Shown here piece by piece: positions 19,633-31,380 of a DNA stretch of 36,478 nucleotides. The position numbers and the translations under genes were made by a program. This stretch comes from Cercozoa sp. M6MM (Eukaryota; Protista; Endomyxa: Ascetosporea), in NCBI GenBank assembly GCA_040357565.1, contig JBDODJ010000115.1. The stretch is one strand, 5' to 3'. The notes below the pieces were generated by a model. That model had not been told where the DNA came from and ran no database searches. It was given only the letters and a program-made list of their open reading frames with translations. Position 1 is the first letter of the stretch; the number at the start of each line of letters is the position of its first letter.

Positions 19633-22600
19633 ATGCACCGAGTGGCACGCCTCTGTGGCTCGACGGGTGTTGTGCGTTCGCGCGCATGTGGGCGCCAGGT
19701 GCGCGCACTCGCGCGGCCCCTCCCAGAAGACGGCAGGACACTCGCGGATTTCCTCGTCGAGGGTCGACAGAATATCGTCATTGACGAGGTTTCTCCCTCT
19801 TTTTTTGTTTTCCACATCCGCGCGGACAAAAAAGTTCTTGTTTTTGCAGAGCAAGCCGCATTTCGAGCCGTTGCAGCCGGCGCTGGTGGCAAAACTCCAC
19901 ACTACCACAGCAAGCGGTAGATCAAGCTGAATGAACTTATCTCAGTAGAGTTTATCTTTAAATTGATCGCGTAGAAGCGCCGAAGCTGTACTGGCTCGAG
20001 ACTTATGGCTGTCAAATGAACGTGGTAGTTTCGCTGTGGCCTTATTCTCACCCTCTTGCTTTGACTGTCTGGGTGAGTCAGAGTGACACGGAGATTGTGC
20101 GCGCACTGCTGAAAAAAGACGGTTGGCAATCTGCCGAAAGCGTCGAAGAGGCGACGCTTGTGCTGCTCAACACGTAGGGCGTTTTGACTTTACCTTTGCC
20201 CCCCCCCCACACCGATTCTATCTATGCTCTGCAGGTGTGCCATTCGAGAAAATGCCGAACAGTGAGACAGTTTTCGTTGTGTGCTTTTTGCGTGTTTTCT
20301 GTATGTTTCTGTGCAAAAAAAAACGCAGGCGAATCTGGAACCGTTTGGATGAGCTGCGCGCGCTGAAGCGAAAGCGACGAATGCACTTCCGCAAGCGCGG
20401 GTATCTCCGTCTTTGACTGATCAATCGGTGATCGATCAGTGATCGATCGCTCAGTGCTCATCGTCGTTGTTTTGTTGTTGTTGCAGTGGCGACCCGCGCC
20501 TCATGGTCGGCGTGCTCGGCTGCATGGTACATTTGGACATTTTCCATGTTGGACGGTCAAATTGGACTGGTCCAAACTGATGGTTTGTCTGTCCAACTCG
20601 CGTAGGCCGAACGATTGAAGATGCGTCTGCTGGAGAGTGACAAGAGTGTCGACATGGTGGTTGGGCCTGACTCGGTACGTCCACCCTACTGCCTGATCTA
20701 AGTATCTTCACGAACAAGTGTGTTCGGACAGTACCGTGATCTGCCGCGTCTTGTGTCGGAGGTCTTCAACACTGGCGTGTACATATACCCAGTCCATCCC
20801 CATCCCCATCTTGAACCCTTCATCCCCCTTGGTGTATAGTGCTGCACTAAACACGCAGTTGTCGCTCGATGAAACCTACGCTGACATCACGCCGGTGCGC
20901 GAAGGTGCTGCAGCAGTGTCTCGACAGACCTGTTAGATCGTGTGGGTAGGTAGCATCGTATCTATGTAGGTAACAATGGAGTCAGTGCCTTCGTGAGTGT
21001 CATGCGCGGCTGCAACAACATGTGCACCTACTGCATCGTGCCCTGGACACGTGGTACTCTGCTTTTTCCTGTCTGTACAACGTGTACATTTGTACAACGT
21101 GTCCATTTGTACAACGTGTTCGTTTTGGACAGGACGAGAGCGCTCGCGTGACCCGGATTCGATCGAGCGCGAGGTGCGCGAACTCGCCAACATGGGTTAT
21201 CGCGAGGTACCATCTGTGCGGCTACAATCCCATCGTATCCTTAACTGTTTTCCTCTGGTATATTTGGACGATCAGATTGTGCTGCTGGGACAAAACGTCA
21301 ACAGCTACAATTACGTTGACGAGGAGCACCTACTGAAGGACGACACGGTGTCAACGGTTGACGGTTTCTCCACGGTATCAGTCGCTGTGAGTGGTCATAC
21401 TATAAGTGCTCACTGTGGGTGGTCACATGGTCATACGCACAGGTGTACAAGGCACCGCGACGTGGTATACAATTCGCCGAGCTAGTGCGTCGTGTGGCGC
21501 GTACTCTATTTGCACTCCTACTTCCTGTCATACTGCCTTACTGCCTTTACTGCCTTACTGCCTTTACTGCCCGCCTGTGTGTCTGGCTACAGGAGCCGAC
21601 AGACGTGTCCGCGTGCGTTTCACGTCGCCGCATCCGAAGGACTTCCCGGACGAGTTACTGCAGGTGATTGCCGAGGAGCCTAATGTGTGCAAGTCGCTGC
21701 ACCTGCCGGCTCAGAGCGGCAACACCGAGTGCCTCGGTACATGGACTCTAGGATACTGACGTTTCATTTAAGGTTGCGCTGGTTTATTTTAGATCGTATG
21801 GGACGTGGCTACTCGAGAGAGGCCTACCTGTACCCCACCCCACACACATTTGTTTATATAGGGAAACAGTTTCTCACTTGTTTACAACAGCAAGCTGGCC
21901 ACGCACATTCGCCAGGTGATCCCTGACGTCACATTGAGCAGCGACTTCATCAGTGGTACAAATCAACGGTTTAAAAGTTGATGTGCTTGTTCAAAGTGTG
22001 TCCAAAATAGGTTTCTGCGGCGAGACTGAGGAAGAGCATCAGTACTTTGCTTTTTAAATGTATATGCGTAGACTCGGTACTCTTGACGCTCGCAGGGACA
22101 CTCTGACTCTGTTCGATGCCGTTCAGTTCGAGCATGCGTACATGTTCCACTACTCGATGCGTGAGAAGACCAAGGCGCACCGCAGGTAGCCCTGGTCGCA
22201 TTCTTAACATTAAACTTGCAGCCTTAATCAACTGGTGTAGATATAAAGATGATGTGCCACTCGATGTCAAGAAACGCCGACTGGGCGAAGTGATCGAACG
22301 CTACCGTGTACTGCCCGATTTCTGTCCCTCAATGACTCAGTTAAAGAATTGGTTTTCTGCAGGAGAACAAACTGCGAAGACTCAAGGCACAAGGAGGCAA
22401 GGTATCAACTAGAATTCTGAATCTGTCCAGAATTTTCATCTTGCGAGATGAACCTGTAGATTCACCTGGTGCTGCTTGATCGTGAGGCACGAAAGTGGCT
22501 GTCAAAGGATTCGGACATTAAGGTACACTTCATGTGCTTGCAAAAATAGTGTATCCCACTCGTGAGAATTGACACTCTTGCAGGTTCGTCAACTCTACGG

Positions 22601-23023
22601 TCGCAGCGACAACAATTTCTCTGTTATCATCGAAGTGCCCGATGACCTACAAGTGCCCGTGTTCGCGCATGTACCGTTCGAAATACTCCTCCTTCTCTAA
22701 CAACCGATTGATGTTGTCTTTCCGGAAACAGAACGGCACGCACAACGAGAGCACCAACGAGAGTCGTATGCCGCAAATTGGCGACTTTGTTGCCGTCCGC
22801 ATTCGGTACTCACAACGTTCTTACAACGTTCTAATGCGCATGCATTGTGCATGTGTTTCTGTATCGCGTAGAGAGGCACCTTCGGGACTCACTCTAAGAG
22901 GTAGCTCTAACTCTCTGCATGCTGGATTGGCCTGAACGACGCTTTTCGTTAGGTGATGTGATGGGCATTTCGGACTCGCCGATCTTCTGCGCCGACGAGT
23001 GGGAGCATCTGCTGCCGTTGTAA
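19633..23023 (+). CDS. CDK5RAP1: Mitochondrial tRNA methylthiotransferase CDK5RAP1/MiaB (radical SAM + TRAM), ~25 introns
   Basis: Arg-rich transit-like N-terminus; [45 protein letters not shown] (CxxxCxxC), [27 protein letters not shown] and [14 protein letters not shown]. The complete frame was reconstructed with 25 GT-AG introns. Confidence 0.96.
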
Positions 23024-23132
23024 TCGAACTCGCGTCGGACTTTGCTTTGGGATGCGCCATATTTCGTTTCACCACTTGCACTCGACGTTTCAGCGCAGTT
23101 CTTTACGTTTTACTCGATTTATACGATACGAT

Positions 23133-23235
23133 AGTTAGTTGAGTCTAGTGTAGGAAACCAACTATGTAGTTCCCCTGCACCAGTCCGGGGTGGGTCACAA
23201 GAGCATGGCCCGGGATATGCGGTTACATCCCGGAC
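23133..23235. repeat. Dispersed structured non-coding element, copy 2
   Basis: Same orientation and core as 3687-3790; lies ~110 bp after the CDK5RAP1 stop. Confidence 0.75.
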
Positions 23236-23395
23236 GGACGTCCAATTGATTTAAACAGCGCAAAACGAAATGGGCGCCGGGGTTGACGACGGGCCCGGGA
23301 GTTGGCATATACTGTATCACGACAGGGCGCGGCTGCGATCCTGGCGGCGGATCGAGATCGCAATGCACGCGAACGCGCTAGCACTGAACCCAGGG

Positions 23396-24324
23396 CTAAA
23401 TGAGACCGCGACGGTGTTCCGAAGCCGGGTCGTTCGAGTACATCGCGCTGAGATCACCGAGCAACGATTGAGTGGCTACTTTGCAAACAAACGATCACAG
23501 TGGCAGTCTACAAATACAAAAAAGTGTCGATACCATTGCTGGTGAAGTTATTATTGCTCGTTCTGCCACTGGCACGATTAGAGTCAGCATGCGCTTGCTG
23601 CAAGGCTTGTTGGACTACAGAACCTGTGGCAAAACAAATTTGTTCAGTGCGATCAAACGTACTAGAAAACAAGTTGTTCTACCGACTGGGTGTGGCGCAT
23701 TTGGCACGGTCCGGAGCACTGTTCGCAGCAGCTTTTCGTTGTCCTTTTCGCTGTGTTCATAAATCCAAGTTTTAACGTGCCAAAAAACTGACTCAGCAAG
23801 CGCAAGAAATACGCAGGATGTCGCTTCTGCAGAATCGTCAACAGTTTCGGCAGAATCAGTGTGAACACGCCTCTTAATCTGCAGACCAAACTTGTTCGTT
23901 TGCAAATTCCAGCGAAGGAAAGAAAGAGGATTTACGACTCAGCAGACAGAACACAGAGGTGCCGCCGTTGCGAGACCACTGCCAAATATGATTTATTATA
24001 TTTTCTTTATTAGTTCGATATTGAAAGTCGAAAAAACAAACAAAACAAAATACCACTGCCAAACGGAGGACCCTCTGGCTTCCAGTGCTTCCTGAGTTGT
24101 TTGTAGTAAAGTACACAGAGACGCCGTAAGAAACACGCACCACTGTGCCGGTTTAAGAGGTTCAGGGGCGTGCTCATGTTCCTGCGAGCCAAAAGCCAAG
24201 TCAGTAAGTCAAAAGATGAAAGAGCGGTGTACCAGGGAGGGTTCCTTGGCGAGCACCACCATCCAGATACACTTGCCGGGACTGCAATGTGACACCTGTA
24301 CAACAACACGCACGCACACACATG

Positions 24325-24416
<92 letters not shown>

Positions 24417-25009
24417 CACACACAGATACATACATACATATATACATACACACACACGCACACACACACACGAGTTATCTTGTGTTGAAGGTAGTTGAAA
24501 CAAGGACGGTACCTGTAATTCGACCACATCAGAGAGTGCGAATCGAATGCGATGCCGCAGACCGCCCAAAAGCATGCCCCAGGCCAGGTGGTCCTGCAAA
24601 GAAAGCACCTCAGTCAACACCGACAAGCAACGCAACAACAAAGAAGAACCCGTTCTGGCAGCCATTCAACTAGCATGTCGCCTGGGTGCAGTGACTTAAA
24701 ATGAGTCCATCCAAGGGGACAAGAACATGAGTACCCGCAAAGTCACTCCGAGTCTTCATATCACCCACAATAAGGTTCTCAAACAGGAAGACTGGACTGC
24801 AAAATAACACACTCGGGTTAAGCTTTCTGGGTCTAATTGAAAGAGGCACAAAAGTACCAGCCATCAATAACATCGACTTGGCCTGGCACACCGCCTGGCA
24901 TGGTTGGAAACTGCAAGTGCCGCTGCGGCTGCACTTGTGGCGGGTTCTCTTCTGTCGGTTGCTGCTGTTGCTGTTGTTGGCGTTGCCGCTGGTGCTGATG
25001 CTGTTGTTG

Positions 25010-25069
<60 letters not shown>

Positions 25070-25349
25070 GTGTTGCTTGAGTCGTTGCACCTGTACAGTC
25101 TCTCCAGTACACACAGCAGCGAACTGGAGAATTGGGAAGAACATACCATAACAGTAGCAATAGCGTGCACTTCTTCAGGCGATACTTGCAACTGCGAGGC
25201 CGCTCTTTGAATGCCCTGCACAATCGATTAAAATCCGTAAGCACGTGCACGACCGATAGAGCATGCAAAAAGAGGCCAAGACACACCTGCTCAGTGTTCA
25301 GCTGCCCTTGCCGCAGCATCTGCAGGATCAGCATCACTTTGTGATTCAT
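23396..25349 (-). CDS. PolyQ protein with a TRF2/HOY1-type PH-like domain (3' end uncertain)
   Basis: Spliced LIVGDMKTRSDFAGDMLVEWLPERDHLAWGMLLGGLRHRIRFALSDVVELQ|VSHCSPGKCIWMVVLAKEPSL|EHEHAPEPLKPAQW...SQRRHL parallels the recalled pattern of the plant/amoebozoan domain (IG.W....GDL...Y.....L.W....GLK..I....SDI...L...P...P.P....W....RRH). It is preceded by a long Q tract. Confidence 0.66.
24301..24471. repeat. (CA)n/(TG)n microsatellite within an intron
   Basis: About 170 bp of interrupted CA repeat; it accounts for the spurious HT/CV ORFs. Confidence 0.95.
24959..25077 (-). repeat. CAG/CAA trinucleotide repeat encoding polyglutamine
   Basis: Plus strand (CTG/TTG)n, in frame with QRLKQHQQQ...QPTEE on the minus strand. 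Confidence 0.9.
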
Positions 25350-25722
25350 CTTCGCGCGCGACGACTTCGTGTTCTGTGCTTCGATATCGTTTCAAGACGA
25401 CAAACCACGTCATCGACACTTTCCATGAGAGCAAACATACCTCACCGCGACGAAACGGTGACCAGGGCCAAAAATAATCGCTTGATCGCTCAAAAACGCG
25501 AACTGAAATCCGTCTTGTGACTTCCGCCGTGCCCCTGTGAGCAAGATCACTCGGCAGAGCTACCTGAGACTGCCTTGATGACTTCTGGTTTATTAGAATC
25601 ATGGGCTCATTATCTTCAACAAGAAGTGAGCCGATACTAGCACCGTCCCGGGCCAGCACGTAGTGCAGCAGAGGCATAAGCACGTGTGTGCGCGTGCTGT
25701 ATTGTCTCTAGAGTCGTGTGGC

Positions 25723-27873
25723 ATGGGTAAAGTTAATCACTCGGCGCACGACAACGAGGAGTTCATGTCATCTGACGACTGGCACAGTGAGACTGAGACT
25801 GTTGCCGTGCATGAAGTTGACAGGTGTGCTGCTCTATGTGGATCCATTTGGGCGATCAGACCAGCCGTTTTGTATTTTCTCCCTTTGAATTATGTTTTTG
25901 CAGTTTCCAGCGCGACTGGGACATTGTTCTGCGCAACAGCAGACGTCTAAAACTGCGCGATGCTGCAGATAAGGCGAAAAAGGCCGCAAGCAAGGCAAAG
26001 CTGGCAGCCGGCAAAGCAGCTGGCAAGGTGCGAGCGAAAGCGAATGCTGCGCGAAGGAAGGTGTTCTTGCCAGCTTTTGCTGTGTTTGGGTTGTCATAAC
26101 AAGCGAAACTTGTGATAGATCATCACGGGCGATCCGAACAAACGCGTGCGCGATTTCATGCGCGAAACGCCCAAGAGAGGTAACTGTCATTGTTGAAAAT
26201 GTGCAACCGTGACTTCTGATTTGACTTGTGTCATGCAGTTAAGTTCGTTGACAAAGTTTCATTCACGGTACGTTTTTCGGTTATCTTTCATTCCAGTTAG
26301 CTTGGGGAAGCGTGTATTGGCTGTGTTTAGTATGGCGTGCTGTCGCTGCTGCTGACGCACTTTGTGCTGATGAAGCTGCAGGGCTGGTTCGCCTGGTACT
26401 ACGCCGTCACGTTCGTCGTGCAGGTCGGCGTTCGCTTCTTTGGTGTGTTTCCTTTCTTCCTTTCTTCTTTGCTTTCTTTCTTTTCTCATCTCCGTCCTTC
26501 CCTCTTTTCTTTCTTTCCCTAGTTTCTTTCTTTCTTTGCTTCGTTGAGTTTCTTGTTGTAGTCTACCGCAAGCACAAGTGGCACTTCTTCATGCTCGACT
26601 TTTGCTACTTTACGAACCTGCTGCTGCTGTACCACGTGTTCCTGCAAGAGAAGAACATTGCTCTCTTCCGTGCGGTAGGGGACCGCTCTGCTTTGCTTGT
26701 TGTTGTTGTTGTTTTTGAAAACGCTGTGTGTGGTAGCTCTTCATCATGACGAACGGTCCGCTGACGGTGGCGATGATCACGTGGCGAAATTCTCTCGTGT
26801 TTCACTCGCTCGACAAAATCACCTCTGTCTTTGTACAGCGCGCTTTCTCTCAAGTGTCCTTACGCTGTTGCAGTTGTATGCTGTTAGATTCATGCACTAC
26901 CGGCACTGGCGACGTTCTCGCTCAGATGGCAGGGCAATGAGGGTGCCCAATATGAGAAAGGTGTCTTGTTGAAACTACGTGTTGAAAGTACATTGTTTGA
27001 CTAGACAACCACTGGCGCACTGATCGCATGCTCACTGCCGAGGGTACAAAATAGTCTACCATATCAAGAGTTGTGATGAGTGTTGGGGAAACAGACGGCG
27101 TCTCGCGCGCTTTTGACACTGTGCTGAACGCGACGCTGCTGTACATGATGTGGCAGATTGCCTACTGGATGCTTACCGAGTGGATCTTCCGCGGAACACT
27201 CGCACGTGGTGTGTCTATGCTTTCTCACACGATAATACTGTGTGAGAATAAACGAGGGTATGATTAGACAAGAACGTGGCCACGTCGATGCGCTGGTTCG
27301 TGCGAGATCGTCGCGGCGCACTCCGCGCGGTCGCTTTGCGCGTGGTGCGACGACTCGGTGCGTTTCCTGTGCTGTCCATTTCCTTCTTCACACCTGTATC
27401 CTTGCTTAGGCATCCTGTCGCCCGAGGAGGATTTGCACGAAGATGACATTCGAACGCAGTTTACTTTCGTGCTCTTCACTGCATATTATATATATATATA
27501 TCTATGCTCTGTATTTTATGTGTTATTTGGTGTCTTTGTCAGATGCTGTCGCAACTGATCTACACGTGGATGACGCTTATCGCGCCAGTCGTGTTCTACG
27601 ACTTTGAAATTGCTCACGTGTGTTCTGTTCTGTTTGCATGTTTTGGTTTTGCTTGCAGAATGCCTTGCTGTTCTCTGCGCGCAGATTGTCTACCTGATTG
27701 GCATCCTGCTGGTGTGCATCTGGAATGGCGCCAGTTTCTACATTGGTAGCACTCGATGTGTTGGCCTTGTAAAGCTCATCTGTATTATACGGTGTCTGTG
27801 TGAGTGAGCAGAAGTTTTCTCGCGTCGCTACATGACCAAGTTCGAGTTTGAGCGGCTGACTTTCGAGATGTAA
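25723..27873 (+). CDS. GPC1: Glycerophosphocholine acyltransferase GPC1 (DUF2838 family), ~14 introns
   Basis: [68 protein letters not shown] and WNGASFYIEVFSRRY. Confidence 0.93.
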
Positions 27874-28104
27874 CTTGAATTAATCCCATGACGAGACCGG
27901 ACGTCTCACGTCACTGTAGCGGATATATACGTATACATCGAGTCCCCGACTTCGTCGCCTTGAGTCGGTGGTCACGTCACAGCGCAGGGTCACATTTTAA
28001 GCTTTAAGATAGTCAGCAGTCTACTCAGGCTGTCCCGAGGGAGTCCCGACTGCGCTGTAGCGTGACTGCACAGGCGAGGCCTAAGGCGCGGCGGTAGGTA
28101 CCCC

Positions 28105-28585
28105 TGTTACTGCGGCTCAATGGCCCAATCAGTAAGGGAAAGGAGAGACTAAATAAATCATTCAGTTAGATAAGTCGTCACTCAGTTGGGTCAACGTTAG
28201 AACTGATACCCCTACTGGGTCTCGAGGTGATCCCACTGGATCTCGACCGAAGCAAGATGTCCTTGGTCGTGTTAATGCGTTTAATGAAAAACTCCGCCTG
28301 TGAACACACGATGAAGTGAGTGGAATGGAAACCAGCCAAGGAGCTAACTGACAGGCTGAAGCCGTGACGGAGCTTTCTGCTTCTCTGCAAGGACTCTGTC
28401 CAGGCAAGATCTACAGCAACAGCAATCCACTGAGTCAGTAGTTAGGTCTCAGAGCAAGGTACCAAGCCAAAACACTCTTAAACTTCTCTCCAGTCTCAAA
28501 CTTGTTTGAGACATGGATTATGACCTCCACGCGGACGGGTCAGAGCAATAACTATATAATTATTTACTGAAAGTGTGCAGTAACG
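28105..28585. mobile_element. Solo-LTR-like element (481 bp)
   Basis: Starts TGTTACTGC and ends GCAGTAACG (CA in the other copy). 4-bp TSD CCCC (28101-28104 and 28586-28589). Its right ~300 bp recurs inverted at 36192-36478. Confidence 0.85.
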
Positions 28586-28832
28586 CCCCGTTTAGCCAGA
28601 TCGCATCGCAGGGTGTCACGGTGCTGCAGCTGGCCATGAGGGCCAGGGCATTGAATTTAGTATTCGATCATATGTTCAATTGCAACGTCGGCCAAAAGTC
28701 CGCACGTCGGTGATCTGAGATGTCGCACGTGCCTACCGCGGCTCTTTTAAATTTGGGTTCAGGTCTCAAACTCCAAAAGTCGAAACTCGAACCTGTAGCT
28801 CGTACTGTAAAGTTTATACTGTATCCCGATCT

Positions 28833-31090
28833 ATGCGTGCGCTTCTCTCATCAATATTGGTGGCTCGGACATTCCTGTGTTGCGTCGGCGTCACAGCATC
28901 AAGCTCGTCTCGACAGACTCGAGTGACGCAAGCGCTGGCGCATTTGGGCCAACCCTCGTTTTTGAGCGGTAAGGGACACATTTTACACTGACCGTGTTAG
29001 CTCCAGTACTTTTGCTACTTATCGATACTGATGCACATAGCCCCTGACCCACTCGTCGCGACACTGGCACAGGACTTCGACTCAACTGCAGCGGACACGA
29101 GACTTCGACTCTTGTTCGCTCGTGCAGCAGCCGACGACGAGCAAAGCCGCCACGACGCGTCCTTTGCTGAGCGCGGGCATGGGCAGTTTGAAGCCTTGGC
29201 TCATCTCGGAGCACGGTGGTTCAATGCGACACGGCGTTTAACCGCGTCCTCATCTGGAGAAAGCGAGTGCTCCGCTTTTGCGAAGGCGTTCTTCGGTCAC
29301 TTTGACGCAGTGCACGTCTCGGCCGAGATCAGCGCGCTTCAAACTTTGGTACGTCCGGCACTTTCTGGGATACTACGCTGTATACGTAGTTTACTACAGT
29401 ATATTCGGACACTCCTTCGCAGGGCTTGGCTCTCGAATCCTTCGCGCAGCTGATGCTAACCAACGAGATATGCGCCAGCTTGCCAGACGCAGACGCAGCC
29501 ATCGAGGCCGCTTTCGACAACGTCGAATTGCTCGTTCTGATGCGCCTCCGCAGAGCGTTGGAAGCAAGCGAACTTGCGTCCACTGCAGCACTCTCAATCC
29601 GCGACCGACTGTCGATCATCGATTGTGACCTGCTACTTCGCGTTGTCACCCGTGCGGCACAGGCCGACCCACAACGATTCGCACGACAGCTACAGCAAAT
29701 CGAAAATCCCGGACGCACACATTTCGAATTCGAAGTAGGTACAAAAATTTTACAGGACCCTCATCACTATGCCTGATTTCTATTCGTATCCGTGTGATAT
29801 TTATGTCGACTCTTTGTAATTAATCGACTCCTAATGATCAGAGGGACTCCACAAGTACCGTGTTCACGAGGAACTGGAGGACGGCACTCTTTCCGCAGCA
29901 GCAAAGGCCGCGGCAATCCTGAACAAGCCCCTCGTTGAGTTCGAATCTTCAGTGACAGACCAGCTGTCGGGCTTTGAACACGTCTCGCAGTACGTTTTCA
30001 CACAGCCTTGGCGACTAGCTATCTGCCACGCATGTGTGCTTGTGTTTTACATTGTCTTGCCGTTGCAGCTTCGTGACACGTGTGTATGGGTACCTTCGCC
30101 GCCTCAAGAAAACTGACCGCCGACGCGTTCTCGTCATTGCACAAGACGAAGTGTGGAAGGGTGCTGAAATTGTCTGCCTTTATTTTTCGTCATGGCAACC
30201 TGTATCATGTCAAACTGCTATAGTCCTGGCGGCGACGCAGGTGGCACTCTCACTGAGCAATGCAAGCGTCCAAGGGTTGACGCCTGCAAACAAGATTGCG
30301 TTCACTCCGAGTGAGATCGCCATCGAACCCGCTCAGTTTGACCACGAGGCACTGGCACTTCGACTCGAATGGGCAGGCAAATGGGCGAGGTACAGCGTCG
30401 AGAGATCAAGCAAAACGATTGAAATCAATGAATCTCTGCAGTAAAGTACTGTATGTTTACGCTGCATTCTGTACTGTAGCGACCTCGGTGTGGCGTCGAC
30501 TGTCGCAGGATGCGCGGAGGCTGACTGGATGGAACTGCTCACGATGCACAATGTCGATATGTTTGTAGTCTTTGGCGTGCTAACCGACATCGTAACTACC
30601 CAACAACGACCCACTATGCTCAAACTGCCGACGGACGCTGTTAACGCCGCACCGGTGTGGAAGGACCGCGATCCTGTGATCTATGGACGCACTTGGAAGC
30701 AATCGGCAAGCAAGTGGGTACGATAAGTGTATTAACTTAGCTTGGTTTAGAGGTTTCGTCACTGAATTTTCGTGAATATAATGAAGGCTGCTCGAGCGAC
30801 CTCTTTGCTGTCACTGCCTTCTCGGAGACCATCTACCCCACCGCAAAGTGCCAGCAGTTTGAGCTGCACAGAAACCGAAGAGCCGCATGTGCCGCAGCGC
30901 TCCCCCGAGCTCGAGTGCACCTGCCTCAACTGGCCTAGCAGTTAATGCCGAAGAAGCAGAAGTCACAGCAGTCGCCATTGCTACGCCTTCGTGTGACCCA
31001 GCGTTGCGCTCTTGTCTTCGGCGGCAAGGCCAGCGGACAACCTCCACCGGCAAAACCGTGCGCTTCGAGCAAGAATCTGAAGTGCAGTGA
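28833..31090 (+). CDS. Hypothetical protein with signal-peptide-like N-terminus (last exon junction uncertain)
   Basis: MRALLSSILVARTFLCCVGVTA, then exons within ORFs 29031..29453, 29426..29776, 30034..30444 and 30490..30726 joined by phase-compatible GT-AG introns. The probable last exon ends LRSCLRR...KTVRFEQESEVQ*. Confidence 0.55.
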
Positions 31091-31380
31091 GAAATGAACT
31101 GAGATCGTATCGATACAACACGCACGATGGCCGGTTTACGAAAGTATGGCACCTGTAGTACTCTTTGTAAGTTGAAATTAAATTGATTTGAGTCATTCGA
31201 GCGCCGCACTTGACGACCGACTGACGACAGTATTAGTTCTGTACCCCACTTAACGCGCAGTTTCCAAAGTTTCAGTGGACACCTGTGAAGCAGCAAAGCC
31301 CTGGTTATGCTTGTACAAAAACGCCCTGTTTTTGCCTATAAAGCCCTGTTAAACTTACCGACGGAGCATTCTTTGTAAAT

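Noticed and set aside
19633-23023. Non-canonical (non GT-AG) or U12-type introns
   Set aside because: Every junction I resolved in the conserved genes works with GT...AG; no AT-AC or GTATCCTT donors were needed.
24010-24665. Cys/Val- and His/Thr-rich ORFs
   Set aside because: They are translations of the intronic (CA)n microsatellite.
16893-27873. Introner-type transposon-derived intron family
   Set aside because: I saw no shared sequence, terminal inverted repeats or consistent junction duplications among introns by eye.
28010-28100. GC-rich stretch faintly resembling the SRP RNA Alu domain (minus strand)
   Set aside because: Similarity is limited to a few short words; no S-domain or Pol III terminator is seen.
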